Assembly (NCBI GenBank): GCA_016748015.1
Contig: JAAOMT010000009.1
Location: 762,459 to 826,458 of the forward strand
Direction: 5' to 3'
DNA from: Geosiphon pyriformis uo1
Lineage: Eukaryota; Fungi; Glomeromycota
DNA: 64,000 bases
The notes below the pieces were generated by a model. It searched no databases. It saw nothing but the letters and a program-made list of their open reading frames with translations, and was not told the DNA's origin. This document shows positions 48,352 to 60,049 of this stretch, one piece after another. A program made the translations under genes and the position numbers. Numbering within the stretch: position 1 is the stretch's first letter; every line of letters starts with the position of its first letter.

Positions 48352-49146
48352 TTACTGAATTTGTTGTGATTGTTGTTGATGGGGGTGATGGCCTTGTGGT
48401 TGTCTTTGAGAATCATCATTTAAGAAATTTAGGGCTAAATCGTTCCATTTTTTCCCGGCTTTTGATTGCTCTGCTAGTGTATTAGCTCAATAGATGACTA
48501 AAAGTTAATAAAGCATCAAAGCGTTTAAAAAAATATAGTTGCGAATCTAAAAGTTTTATGTACCATCCTCTCCATCCTCTGAATTTGTTGGTAAAAGTTT
48601 TAAGGGCACTGTAATGTCTACCGATTCAAAACCCTCAATTAGTTTAGTGGTCCCACCTTAATTTGATCTCTGATATTTAAAGCATCTTACCATCGTCGGG
48701 TAAGCTATCTCGACCCCATTTATCAAGGAATTCTAAGTGTTTGGTATTGCGCATGTGCGCGTGATTGAACTGGCCATCCTATTTCGTTACAAGTAATTAA
48801 TTTGGGGTAGCAATTGAAAACTCGAGAAAGTTAAGAGATTTTTACTACCGTGTTTTTTGAAGTATTTGATGCAACTCGCGGAAGTGCTTGTTTTACGGGG
48901 TTGGAAAAATTCATTTCAGTGAAACTATAAAGTAAAACATTAGTTGGCGATGATTAGCGTAAATATTAGCCCATATAGTGCAAATAAGGACCTCAGAGTT
49001 TTGAGATGTTACTAATTTCTGGCCGTCCACATGACAATGAAGAGCAAATAAGATTCTTGTTGGCAATCTTACGTTACTATATAATATACTCGCCTTGATC
49101 TCTTTCATCTATTTCATGCTCTTGGCCGTGGCTTTTAAGTTACCAT
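48352..49146 (-). CDS. APC13: Anaphase-promoting complex subunit 13 (Apc13/Swm1); exons 49146-49144 (ATG; alternative first exon 48914-48849), 48778-48691, 48617-48564, 48473-48352
   Basis: Spliced product M|DGQFNHAHMRNTKHLEFLDKWGRDSLPDD|DITVPLKLLPTNSEDGED|AEQSKAGKKWNDLALNFL..* carries the Apc13 motifs W..D.LP..D..V...LP and KW.DLAL. All junctions are GT-AG and in phase. The first exon is uncertain. Confidence 0.82.
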
Positions 49147-49245
49147 CGTTGACTCTTCAAATATAGTTCTTTTTTGAGAGCGTTCCACTTTGGTCTTTAA
49201 GTACGAGAATTCCTCCAACTCGTTCTCAACCCTTTTCTTCCTGTT

Positions 49246-50718
49246 ATGCCAAACAACAAAAAGGCCAACCCCGCCCCACGTACCATTCAGACAAGGTCAA
49301 CCACTACGCGTGGCATGGGTAATAATATTACTAAACAAAGCCAACCTACCGCACCGGCACCGAGAAGTCGTAGAGGCCGAACTGTCAACCAGCAAAGGGG
49401 CGGAGCCGCTGCTTCTCCGACACCGGTTTCTAGAACGTATGCATTTCGAGTTCTCCCTAATCGTGTTTGACAGTGTTTTCACCTTTATTTTGGCTTTTCA
49501 GGTACTTGTTTATTAACTAACGCGGTATTTAATTTGCTTTTCTTGCCGCTCTGTTGTAACGTAAGGGCTAAAAGACAACGGGTGCTTGTATTTGAAGAAA
49601 AAGTGGAGAATTGGTTCGATCAATACCGAGGCAAAGTTTAAATCTGAATAGTTGCAAGCATTTTTTAAAGCATTCATATTTATCTTAACGAAAAAATTTG
49701 CATTTTTAGACCCGGACGATGATGAAAATAGAATTGGGCATCAAGGATTCGAACAGTGGATGAATGATTTGCGAATCGACATGGATAGTGTGAGTTGCAT
49801 ATATCACCTATAATAATTATATTTCTATCTTTGATAATAATATATTATTGAACTACTTATAGGAATACCCTCTTTTAATTTGTTGGAAACTAAAAGTATC
49901 GACTATGGGTATGATTTCTTGCATCAAAAACTTATAAATTCTTCCAGAAATTCATGCTATGAAATCCAATTTTAGGTTATATAACCAAAGAAGAATGGAA
50001 GACCGGTTTTAAACAATGGGGGTATAAGTCCGATACACTTTTGCTCTTAGTTGCCCTCATTATTTCAATTTATTGTAATTAATACATTCTCAAATCTTTA
50101 TCAGCATTGATTCTAATGCTCAATTGCAATCGAGAATACCGGAACTGAGTAATGTGTTCTCGTCCCCTGATTCATTCAAAGATTTATATCGCTACACGTT
50201 CGATTATGTCAAAGATAAAAATCAGCGTTGTATTGATGTTGAGGTAATAAGTGCCCTCTCTAACTAGTTTGAATTTCACTAATAAATTTAAACCCTACCG
50301 ACCGGATAGGTGGCTTTGTTCATGTGGGATCAATTATTCGCCAAACGACCCTCACCTCATGTTAAGGAATTCAGCGAATTCTTAAAGGTAAGACATATGA
50401 TTTAGACAACAGTATACATCATTCAGAAATATTAATTTTCTATTTTTCTTTATTTCAGCAAGCGAAACAACCAAAAGTGCTCACACGAGATCAATGGACT
50501 AACTTCTTGGAGTTTGTTAGTACCATCCACCAAGATCTCTCAAACTATGATCTAGAATCAGCATGTATTGTTGAATTTGAGCATCATCAAATTTTTCAGC
50601 ACAACATAAAACCTAAGATTTGATTATTTACATGCTTTGGTTTGCTTGAATTTTAGGGCCCTGTTTGTTTGATGAATATGTGGAATGGAAGAAAGCCAAA
50701 GATGGGATAGTTAATTAG
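49246..50718 (+). CDS. DCN1: DCN1-like cullin neddylation protein (PONY domain, basic N-terminus, DCUN1D4/5-like), multi-exon
   Basis: IGHQGFEQWMNDL; WKLKVSTMG|YITKEEW; FKDLYRYTFDY..KNQRCIDVE; LTRDQWTNFLEF..DLSNYDLESA|WPCLFDEYVEW. Stop at 50716-50718. Confidence 0.9.
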
Positions 50719-51087
50719 ATATTTTCTACCCGTGGATAACCGACTTCACATGCTTGGTATCGTCACTCAACATGCCCAGATAAGCCTGATTCTTACCCTT
50801 TTATTGAATCATGTTAATAGATTCTGGATTTTAGAAGCAAAGGAATATGTATCTGGCCAAAATATATTCCAAGGCGGCAACATTCGAAGGACTACAGTTT
50901 CAGCTCGTATAATAACTAATTATTTTAGGATAATTTTCTTTCTTTTTATAGTTTTGCCATTTTCTTGTCGAAAGCGAGGGTGCCAAAATGAATTTGGTTA
51001 GACTCAAATCCCAAATGTATCGATAACTTAGCTGCTCTACATTTTTACAATTCCTATCATTATTCTCATCGACCTGATTTCCGATCC

Positions 51088-54000
51088 TTAATCCTTATCC
51101 TCTTCCATAAAATCAGGATTTTTCCTTAGCAAGACAAACCCTTCGAGCACGTGCGATAAAGAAATATCTAAAAAGATGCATTAAGGAAAATTAATTGCAA
51201 AAGCTTTATGTTATACCAAAGTAAGGTCAACAAGTAAAAGGATACATTCTTCTGTAGCAATTTCAGCACGTTCAGAGTGTGCCAACAAAACCGGCGTAGA
51301 ATGTGTCTGAAACCCGGTTATGGTTTTGGGCCTTCCGGCTTGACCCACTACATCGACAGCCTAGTTAATTGGAATTATTATTAGTAATTCAAGACTATGC
51401 TCAAGTTGAAGTTATTCTATTGCATTCAACTTACCTGCCCAACACGAACTGTTACAGGCAGACTTTTTAAATTTTCATCAAGGGTGATCAAAAATCGTGG
51501 ATACATTGCAGTGGTTAAATAATATAAAAACCAATGGTGTTTGCCCAGTATAACTTTTGAAAGAAAATAATCCGAGAAAATTTTAATATAGATTGGTGAA
51601 AGAGCTAAATCAAAATGCGACTCACGCGTTTTGGTATCCGTGAACGCAATCAAGGTTGCTAACAATCCAGCTATAGCAATTGGGGACATTAACTGACGAT
51701 CGGAGTGATATGGATTGATTGATATCGTTCCCTTTCCCATGTGTAACAATCCCTATAATTGGTGTTTGTTTAGCAGGGGATCGTTAACGACAAAAGTAAT
51801 CGAAAGTACAATTTGGAATACCTGAGCAATCCGGACCATAAATAAACAATTTGGTTCTTTATGATAATAGGATGCTAACTGTCTGAGCATTTGTGCCAAA
51901 CGAGCATTATTTGTGCCAGCGCCTACAAGACCCATTGAAAATATAGCATTGATGGCAACATCTGCGTCATTGTCGTGTGAATATTTGCTGAGCGTTTCTA
52001 TGACACTTAACAAGGGATTTGAAGCACATAGCAAACCCAATGCTAGAGGAACTGTTCGACGGATAACAGGTTCACCATAATGCATCTAGAAAAATTTTCA
52101 CAATACATATTAGTTAATTTTTTGCGGAAAAGATATATTGGTGTCAATCTCAAATTACCAAGTGATTGAATGATCTCAGTGCCATTTCGGCCCCAATATC
52201 CTCACCCATAGCAATGAGTGCAACACCTAGAACAGCAAAGGCTTGGTGAAGATCATCCTCCTTTTCCCTATCTAAGTGATCGTTACACAGATGTAGCATT
52301 TTCTGCACCTTTAGCACATTTCCAGTGCCTAATTTACAAGAGGTTTAATAAATTGTTGATACGGGAAAGACAATCGTAAAAGATTTTCGAGGAGACAAAC
52401 CTGCATAGGAACAAATTTCCACTAATACAGCAACTTGCTTTCCAATCGGATGTTCGATAGCTTTTAAAGTCTCTAGTGTAACTTCGGCAGCGTCTTGCTT
52501 TCCTGCAATAATATAAAATATGTGTCATTTATATTCTTCAACCATAAGATATCCGGATTCTTTTCTCACCAAGATATAACAAAGCCAATCCAAGTCCCAT
52601 AAACCTTCCCCAAGTTTCTTTTAACTGAGATTCCTCGCGTTCCATCATGGTTTGTAAAATTGTACTCGTGATATCTCCATGACAATCACCAACAAATATC
52701 ATCCCCAAAGATAAGGCGGCCAACGAAGCAATCTCCATGCTCAGGCTAGTGTCACTAACTAATGGTAAAAGTAATTCTTGAAGGCGTTCTCGATGCGAGC
52801 CGGAATAAGCCATACCAAGACTAATTCATAATATTTTGTCAATATTAGGTGAAGAGGTTGTTTTACAAGAAAATCAACAACTTACCCAACAATTGCACTA
52901 ATTCGCATTGTGGCATTTGGATTCTCAATTTGATCGGACAATAATGCTAATGCAGGATCGTTCTCGTTACGAACGCCAGCATTTACGAGTCCAATGGCAA
53001 GAAGAGCCCCAGCCTGAAATTTCCCGACGCATTCAGAAATAGGTTTTTTGATGAGAAACCAAGGACAAGGAGCCAAATTACCAGCAAATATGGAAATTCG
53101 TGTAGTACTATCTTTATCACACAATCCCTACCTACAAGCAAATTTTAAACTCAGTTTGATAAATCAATGCTATAAATAACGTAATGATAACCAATGTATG
53201 TTCGTAGGTAAGGATCATGAAGGAACAGGCTTTTAATCGCTCCAGTATCTGAGATCTTACCACGAATAACCATCAAAGAGAAAATCTATATAGGGGAAAA
53301 TGGTGCCTACCTTTATATATTCTTCATCGGAATACTGATATTTATCTATCTTTGTCAACCCGCCTTCAACATCCCATAACATAATTAACCCGAGCGAAGC
53401 AGTAGCACTTAACATCCCTGTAAATAAAAAAACTTAATCAGCGACTTAATCTATTCGGGAATTTCAATAAATATTTACCCTGATCTTTATTTTTATAGAT
53501 CCAAGTGTTTCCTTCTTCTACTGATATTAATTTATCGTTCCCAAACCCAGCGTTTACAAATGCGTTTACAAATGTTGAAGCAAGGTTTTGTCGGGCTGAG
53601 TCTACGTTGCCACTCGTAAATCCAGGACCTAAATATAAACAGCTAAACATAAAGCTCAAATTTCCTTGCGTATTCCCACTCGAAATATGGAGAATCAAGA
53701 CTCACGGATGTTTTCTAAGTGACTTTTATAGATATCCTCTGGTGTTTTTGCTTCAACCACATCTAATTCATTAGCAAGGGCAATGAAGTTTTTGGATAAA
53801 TGCGTGTTATTCAGAATTTCTTGAATAGATTCATCTTCGATCGATAATGATATTTGGGATCGTCCCAAATGAAAGGCAAGTTGTTTCTGCAAGAGTCTGA
53901 TTGAAAAAGAAAAAATTAACCCGAGCAGCAAGCTCCATATTATGTCTCATGATATGAAAAATACCCACATATCGATTTTTCCAGCTGCCTCAAAGTCTTC

Positions 54001-55326
54001 ACGAATTAAATCATGATCTTGAAGACGCACGGCAACGGATAATGCTTCTGTAAATTTGTGATGTTGGCGATATATTGTGTGTGCGGTACGAAGAAAAGCG
54101 ACATCATCCGGAGGCACTAATAAATTAACGCAACTTTGAAAACCCAAATTAATAAACTGTCCAAGCAGACGCTAATAAATTGAGAGAAAAAAAGTAAATT
54201 ATTACCTAACCATATAGAGACAAACCCGGGCGTATGTATCTCTGTCAACGAATTGGGGAAGCTGATCAATGGCTTCTAATTCAAGCAATAAATCGACCGC
54301 ATCAGCTTCCGCGTTGTGCTTTAAAAAAAAAGGTATAATTTCAAGGGCAAGTTTCATCAAGTCTTTAAAAGGAAGATCATTTTCAGAGCGACTGAGAAAT
54401 TCTTGACCAATTTCCGTTGATAAATGTCTGCAAAAGAGATACAGGGATAAGATAGACGTTAAATAATTGCATATATTAAGTTAAGTAGGCAATCACATAC
54501 CGCACATATTCATGTCCCCAAGAGCCAGGATCTTCAGGCGATCCTTCCAATCTGTATTTGAGAGAATCCCTTTTTCCTTCATCGTAGGTCATAGCCAAAA
54601 CAGATAATATATCGGCGAGGGCAAGCTACAAACTAAATTCAGTAAGATTTAATCCATATTACGAGTGGAGAAAATTAGAGGAGTTGACCTTGTTGTCTGA
54701 TGGTATCCAACTTTGATATATTTCAGTCACAGTTGAATAGTGAGGCCTTAAGAATTTCAATGGTTTAGGGACTGAGGTCATTGAGCTAGTGGATGTCCGA
54801 ATCAGAGTACGTAAACTTTCCAATGCAGGCCTATGCAGTTCAAGATTGTCTTCCTGGGATTAGAGAAGAACATGAGTCTGGGAAATCAATCATTGATCTA
54901 CTTGGAATTATAAAAGGTATGTAGTGTTATGCTAACCTGGAGCCTTTCAATAAGCATCTCCAATTCATTTCTTAACTGAAGATCTTCCTCGGACTAATTA
55001 AAAAATCAATGATATGGTAAGAATCTAGGACGCAAAAAAGGCTACAGCTTGAATAATATCACGCGAGCGCTGTATCGAACTCATTGAACACGTATTTACA
55101 ACGCCTTAAGGGTTTACTTCGCGTTCCGCAGAAAAACCAAGTGATTCTAAAATTTTGGTTTAATAATAATAAACTCGCCGAGAAAAATGCGTACCAATTC
55201 CTCAGGCTCGTCTTTCTTATCCTTATCCCCATTGGTTTTAGGTTTCCCTTCGGCATTTGCTTTTTGTTTATCTTTTTTAGGCGCATCCTCCGCTGGGACA
55301 GGAGTTGTTAAAGTATCACGAGCCAT
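51088..55326 (-). CDS. RPN1: 26S proteasome regulatory subunit Rpn1 (PSMD2), many introns
   Basis: LSEEDLQL..ELE; [22 protein letters not shown]; WGHEYVRHL; [11 protein letters not shown]; [21 protein letters not shown]; [20 protein letters not shown]; [25 protein letters not shown]; [11 protein letters not shown]. Confidence 0.97.
53014..53310 (-). ncRNA. Candidate structured intronic RNA in an enlarged RPN1 intron
   Basis: 18 contiguous bp with 4 G-U pairs (53219-53202 with 53137-53120), nested inside 53267-53252/53113-53096 and 53277-53271/53053-53047 helices. The G-U pairs favour the sense strand. Class unknown. Confidence 0.5.
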
Positions 55327-55592
55327 TCTTAAAATTCTTCAAGACTTCACAACTACAGACTAGATCCGTTTCTCTATCAGTAATTCTTAAAAGGGCTCGA
55401 TTATTAGTGTGCGTAAGCTAGCTTTACTATCAGCAGTACCATTGCCATCATCTACAAGTTCACTAGATACTGATATTAAAAGATGGGAAATCATGATGTG
55501 CTGCGTATACGTCATCTTTCTAGATATAGAAAAAAAAATCAGTCTCTTTAAAAAATTTTCGTTTTCACTTTATTCATCGTAGATAATTAACT
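55327..55592. promoter_or_regulatory. Bidirectional promoter region RPN1/RPS4
   Basis: Divergent ATGs at 55326 (-) and 55593 (+), with 266 bp between them. Confidence 0.7.
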
Positions 55593-57061
55593 ATGGTATG
55601 TTGTTATATTTATAAATATACAAGTTGTAAAAGCTACTCACTCTAGAAAGGCCTTGAAAGGCTCAATATTCAAACAAGCAAATTTTGCTAGACCTGTTTA
55701 GAGGGTTTATCAATTTCTTGTGATCTACACTGGACGTCGCAAAAGAGAATTATGATGAATCAAAATTTAGAGCAATTTCATCCATCTGATTAAAGCTGGT
55801 TTAGAGTCAAAAATGCCTAATGATTTATCACCTTTATTGAAACCTAACAATATTTTTAAAGGCACGCGGTCCGAAGAAACATTTGAAAAGGCTTGCTGCC
55901 CCAAGTCACTGGATGCTTGACAAGCTCACGGGTACTTATGTAAGTAAAGTATTTTTTAACTGATTGATTAATCCTTGTGATTCCAAACATTCGCTTTCAA
56001 GCATCCTTGACGAGAGAATAATTTATACAATAGGCACCTAAACCTTCTCCTGGACCGCATAAGCTCCGTGAATGTCTACCTTTAATCGTATTCTTGAGAA
56101 ATCGTCTCAAGTATGCGCTAACGGGTAAAGAAGTAAAAAGCATTTTAATGCAACGTCTTGTAAAAGTTGACGGTAAAGTGAGAACTGACACGACATATCC
56201 TGCTGGATTCATGGGTAGCTAATGTTTTTGTGTAAAAAAACCCTAAATTTAATTTTTGAAGACGAGTTACATTAAAATCAAATTAGATGTCATCACCATC
56301 GAGAAGACTGGCGAGAATTTTCGCTTGATCTATGATATCAAAGGTCGATTCACGATCCATAGAATTACTACAGAGGAGGCCAAATACAAATTAGCTAAAG
56401 TTAAGAAGGTAGAAGTGGGTGCCAGAAATATCCCATTTATTGTTACTCACGATGGTCGTACTATTCGTTACCCGGATCCGGTGATTAAAGTAAATGACAC
56501 GATCAAATTTGATCTTGAAAACAACAAAATAACCGAGGTCATCAGATTCGAAGTTGGAAATATAGCCATGATTACCGGCGGTCGCAACATGGGTCGTGTT
56601 GGAGTTATCACTCATAGGGAGAAACACATGGGGGGCTATCATGTAAGAAAATATTCAGTAAAAAATCAATAATTCAAGTATCTTTGTATTAAAATATGAA
56701 CGGAATTTTTAGATTGTCCACGTGAAAGATGCACAAGAACGACAGTTTGCCACGCGTCTTAATAACGTTTTTGTGATTGGTGAAGGTATAAAGCCTTTCA
56801 TATCGTTGCCCAAAGGCAAAGGAGTCAAAGTAAGCGTTTTTCTTAAAAGCTCGAATTGTTCTGTTTATATCGATGAGATATTTTGATGTGCTACCTTTTT
56901 CAATATTAACTGCTAAAATCTTTGTAATTGCATTTTACAGCTCACCATTGCTGAAGAACGTGATAGGTTTGTAGGATTTCAACTGCTTTATTTTGATACT
57001 CGTCCTCACTAACTCAATAATTCTATACGATTATAGGCGTCGTGCTCAAGCTGCACAATAA
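55593..57061 (+). CDS. RPS4: 40S ribosomal protein S4 (eS4), multi-exon, ATG-only first exon
   Basis: M|[26 protein letters not shown]|[38 protein letters not shown]|[44 protein letters not shown]|LTIAEERD. Confidence 0.98.
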
Positions 57062-57428
57062 TAAACAATTGGTGAATTTGAATAGATCAGTAGACTTCTT
57101 ATCGATTGGTTATATTTATCTGACAATGTGAAACGAGCATAGTTATCGTAGATTCAACTAAGCAAAATTAGTGCGAGTATAAAATAACTAAACCTTTTAT
57201 TTTCTATAATAAAATTCAGAGATAAATGAAAAGGTGGGATCGCAATATACAAAGGCTCTATGATACAAAATGGCTCGGGGATGTGTATGCGAATGTGATA
57301 AACTAGAAGTAATCGTGATGACTTCTAAAGCTTATGTGAATATTAAAAATTATTCTAAGGAAAAACTGTGCAAACAAGCATTAATTTGCAAGAGAGTAAT
57401 CAATCATAATTTAATTTCAGTAATCTTC

Positions 57429-58842
57429 CTAATCTTCATCCTCTTCATCTGAGGTGACGTAATCATCCATGTCTTCATCAATATCCTCATCTTCATCTGA
57501 CGGTTCATACCAAAAATTCTCATCATGTTCATCCTCCGTTCGGGGTTTATGGACAATGAAATCATCGGCTGCAAATGGTGGAAGACATGTGTGCATATAA
57601 ATCTTTTATAATGTCTAAAACAAAGCTAAAAGTAAAATCAGACACCAACCACTAGTCGGTATTTTTAATCCTTCCGGGATATGTTTCTTTGAAGCGTCAA
57701 CTTGGGCTGTTAACCGAATATAAATTTAATATCGAATATTTTCTCATAAATATATTGATTAATTGATACTTACATAGCACGATTGCATTGTACGATTCTC
57801 GGTCTTTACGATACAAAACCTAGAGCCAAACATTCCAAGACATTTTTTAAATATTGAAGGTAAAGAAGGTATAAATTTTCAGGTTCCCATTAAATATCTT
57901 ACCCCAGCATCCTATACAGTTAAATGTCAAAATTAAGTTAAAAAAGTTGAAGCAGGCAAATAAATAGGTTGCCGATTCAGTTACATACCACGTTAGCAGG
58001 ACTAGAGCAGTTTGGATCAACAAGCAAACTAACAATGCTTACCAGAATGCCTGTATCAGAAGAAAATCTAATTAAGAGAAATGTCCTTAAAGAACCATTC
58101 ATTAGCTGAGATGCTTACTTTCTACACTTTGAGTTGGATTCCAACGTTCCTAGAATATAAAGAATTTATATATCGTGAGCAAGACGTATCGTTCAAAGGA
58201 AAAAAGTGATCACAGGTGTTTTTAATCTGAATAGATTTTTGCCTACCGCTGCAGACTCTCCGCTTGTGGGATCGTCACCAGGTGGATGAAGAATGGATAT
58301 GCATAGGCGACCATCAGTGTATACTAAAGATTGATTACTAAATGAGAAATGCAACAAAAGAAAAGGTAGAAATCATGAAAAATCTTATTTACCATTTGGG
58401 TGGAAGAAGTCATTGTAAAATTTAAAAGTAGGTGGGTTGAAAGGATAGTCGTGGGGAAATTTGAGTGCAGCCTAACAAAGTATTGTTCAATTAGCTGTTT
58501 GAAATGCCTTCTGTAAAGAAGAATAATGATGTTACAAATCATTACCTTAAAATAGCCACCTTCATATACTGTGCCTGGAGCACCTATGATGCCGACATCC
58601 CTGAAGAAAGACCCGTGTTTGTGATTAGTTGCTCAAGATTAAGTAAAAGTTATTGACCTTAACTATACCATTCAAACACGTTACTATCGTCATGCAAAGC
58701 CACGGTAAACCCAGGTACAGGATGGCTGCTTAGTTCTAAGCAAGTAGAAAGGGTATAGTTGAGCTTAGTTATTCTTTTTGGCCAGCATCGACATACACCA
58801 ACCTTTGAATTGTTTTAACAAAATATTAGCGGCGCTCGACAT
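57429..58842 (-). CDS. CDC34: Ubiquitin-conjugating enzyme E2 Cdc34/Ubc3, multi-exon, including a 9-nt micro-exon 57911-57903
   Basis: YEGGYFK|AALKFPHDYPFNPP..FHPN|VYTDGRLCISILHPPGDDPTSGESAA|ERWNPTQSVE (acidic-loop insertion)..SPANV|DAG; acidic tail ENFWYEPSDEDED..DED*. Confidence 0.92.
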
Positions 58843-60049
58843 TGTTGCTTAGCTTTTCAAGTCTGGATGAAAAGTATTAAGTGATGAATCAAGGTAGGTT
58901 TACTAACATAGATAAGTTTTATATTCAAACGAAGTGAGTTCTCCTTGGTCTTGCCCAAACCTCATTGTTTCTGAATGCATAGGTAATGCACGTGACAAAT
59001 CCCAAAAGGATGTTCGCTCCGCAAATGGCGAAGTTCCAAATTAATAATAATGCAAAAAATCGATCATGATAGGAAAACAGGGTAAATCGAAGCTGCTCGT
59101 TATAGTCCAACCTCCGTATTATCAGTTATTAACAACTGATCATTTAGTGGTGACTTATCACTTGTAAAGTTAATAATGCAATTACTAATACTTTTGAAAA
59201 TATTCTACTCTACCTAAATTTAGTAAAATGGCTTTATTAACAGCACTGAAAATATAGGCCGATATAAAAAAAATTCAATTTTTTTGTTTTTGGTTAAATG
59301 TTTTTTAAAGTTTTAATAATATTAGTATTATTATAATGAAGAATTGTTGCCTAAATAACTAGCAGTTAAAAGCAATTTTTTTCTTAAAATTATTGCAAAA
59401 AATCTTTTTTGAAATTTTAAAAAATAGTTTTTTCTTAACAATTTTATAAATTAAAATTCAATAAAAAGTAATTAATAATTATTTCTATATTAACAAACAA
59501 TTACAATAAAACAGCTTTTCAGTTTTTAAAATATACTTAAAATTTTAAATTGGTTATGTTATTTATATTTATATTTTATTACGAATTTTGAAATAATTAA
59601 AAAAAATATTAAACCTTTTTTTATTTTTTATTTTTATATATGACTATAAAATACAAATTTTTTTGTTTTAGAATTGGCAATTATATTAAATAATAATATT
59701 ATAAAATAGAAATCAATTAAAAAAACTGTTTTTTTATTTGTAAAAATAGAAAAAGAAATAGAAAGTTTAATAATAAAATGAATTTTATTTTTAGTAAATT
59801 AGCATCTTAAAATAAATATAAAAATATAAAAACTAATATAAAGTATAAGTTAAAAAAATTTATAATAATAAACTTTGGTTTTAAAGTTAACAGTAAAAAT
59901 AAATCTTCTTTGAATTTTAAAACCAATATTTTTAAAACAAAAAAAGTAAATATTAGCAAAATAGTAATTTTTTTATTGAATATAATTTTTTATAAAACTA
60001 ATAATAAAGAAATTTTTTTTATTTCTATATTTTATTGTTTTAAAGTTTA

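Noticed and set aside
50732-51001. 89-aa ORF between DCN1 and RPN1 (also 57270-57452 and 58925-59110)
   Set aside because: These lie in UTR or intergenic sequence, have no recognisable homology, and two have non-ATG starts.
53096-53120. Plus-strand GTGTAGTA...TTATCA resembling U2 snRNA
   Set aside because: The conserved U2 5' end and Sm site are absent, and G-U pairs favour the opposite strand. It is kept only as possible antisense complementarity.
53230-53260. GATCTCAGATACTGGAGCG as a TPP riboswitch, or the intron as RNase P/MRP/SRP RNA
   Set aside because: It lacks the upstream CUGAGA and the P4/P5 consensus of TPP, the CR-I/CR-V of RNase P/MRP and the SRP helix-8 motif.
55105-55117. TAAACCCTTAA (minus strand) as a telomerase template
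   Set aside because: It does not match a 1.5x TTAGGG template, and there are no other supporting elements.
55752-55789. Canonical C/D snoRNA from ATGATGA to CTGA
   Set aside because: It is only ~38 nt long and I found no convincing rRNA guide.
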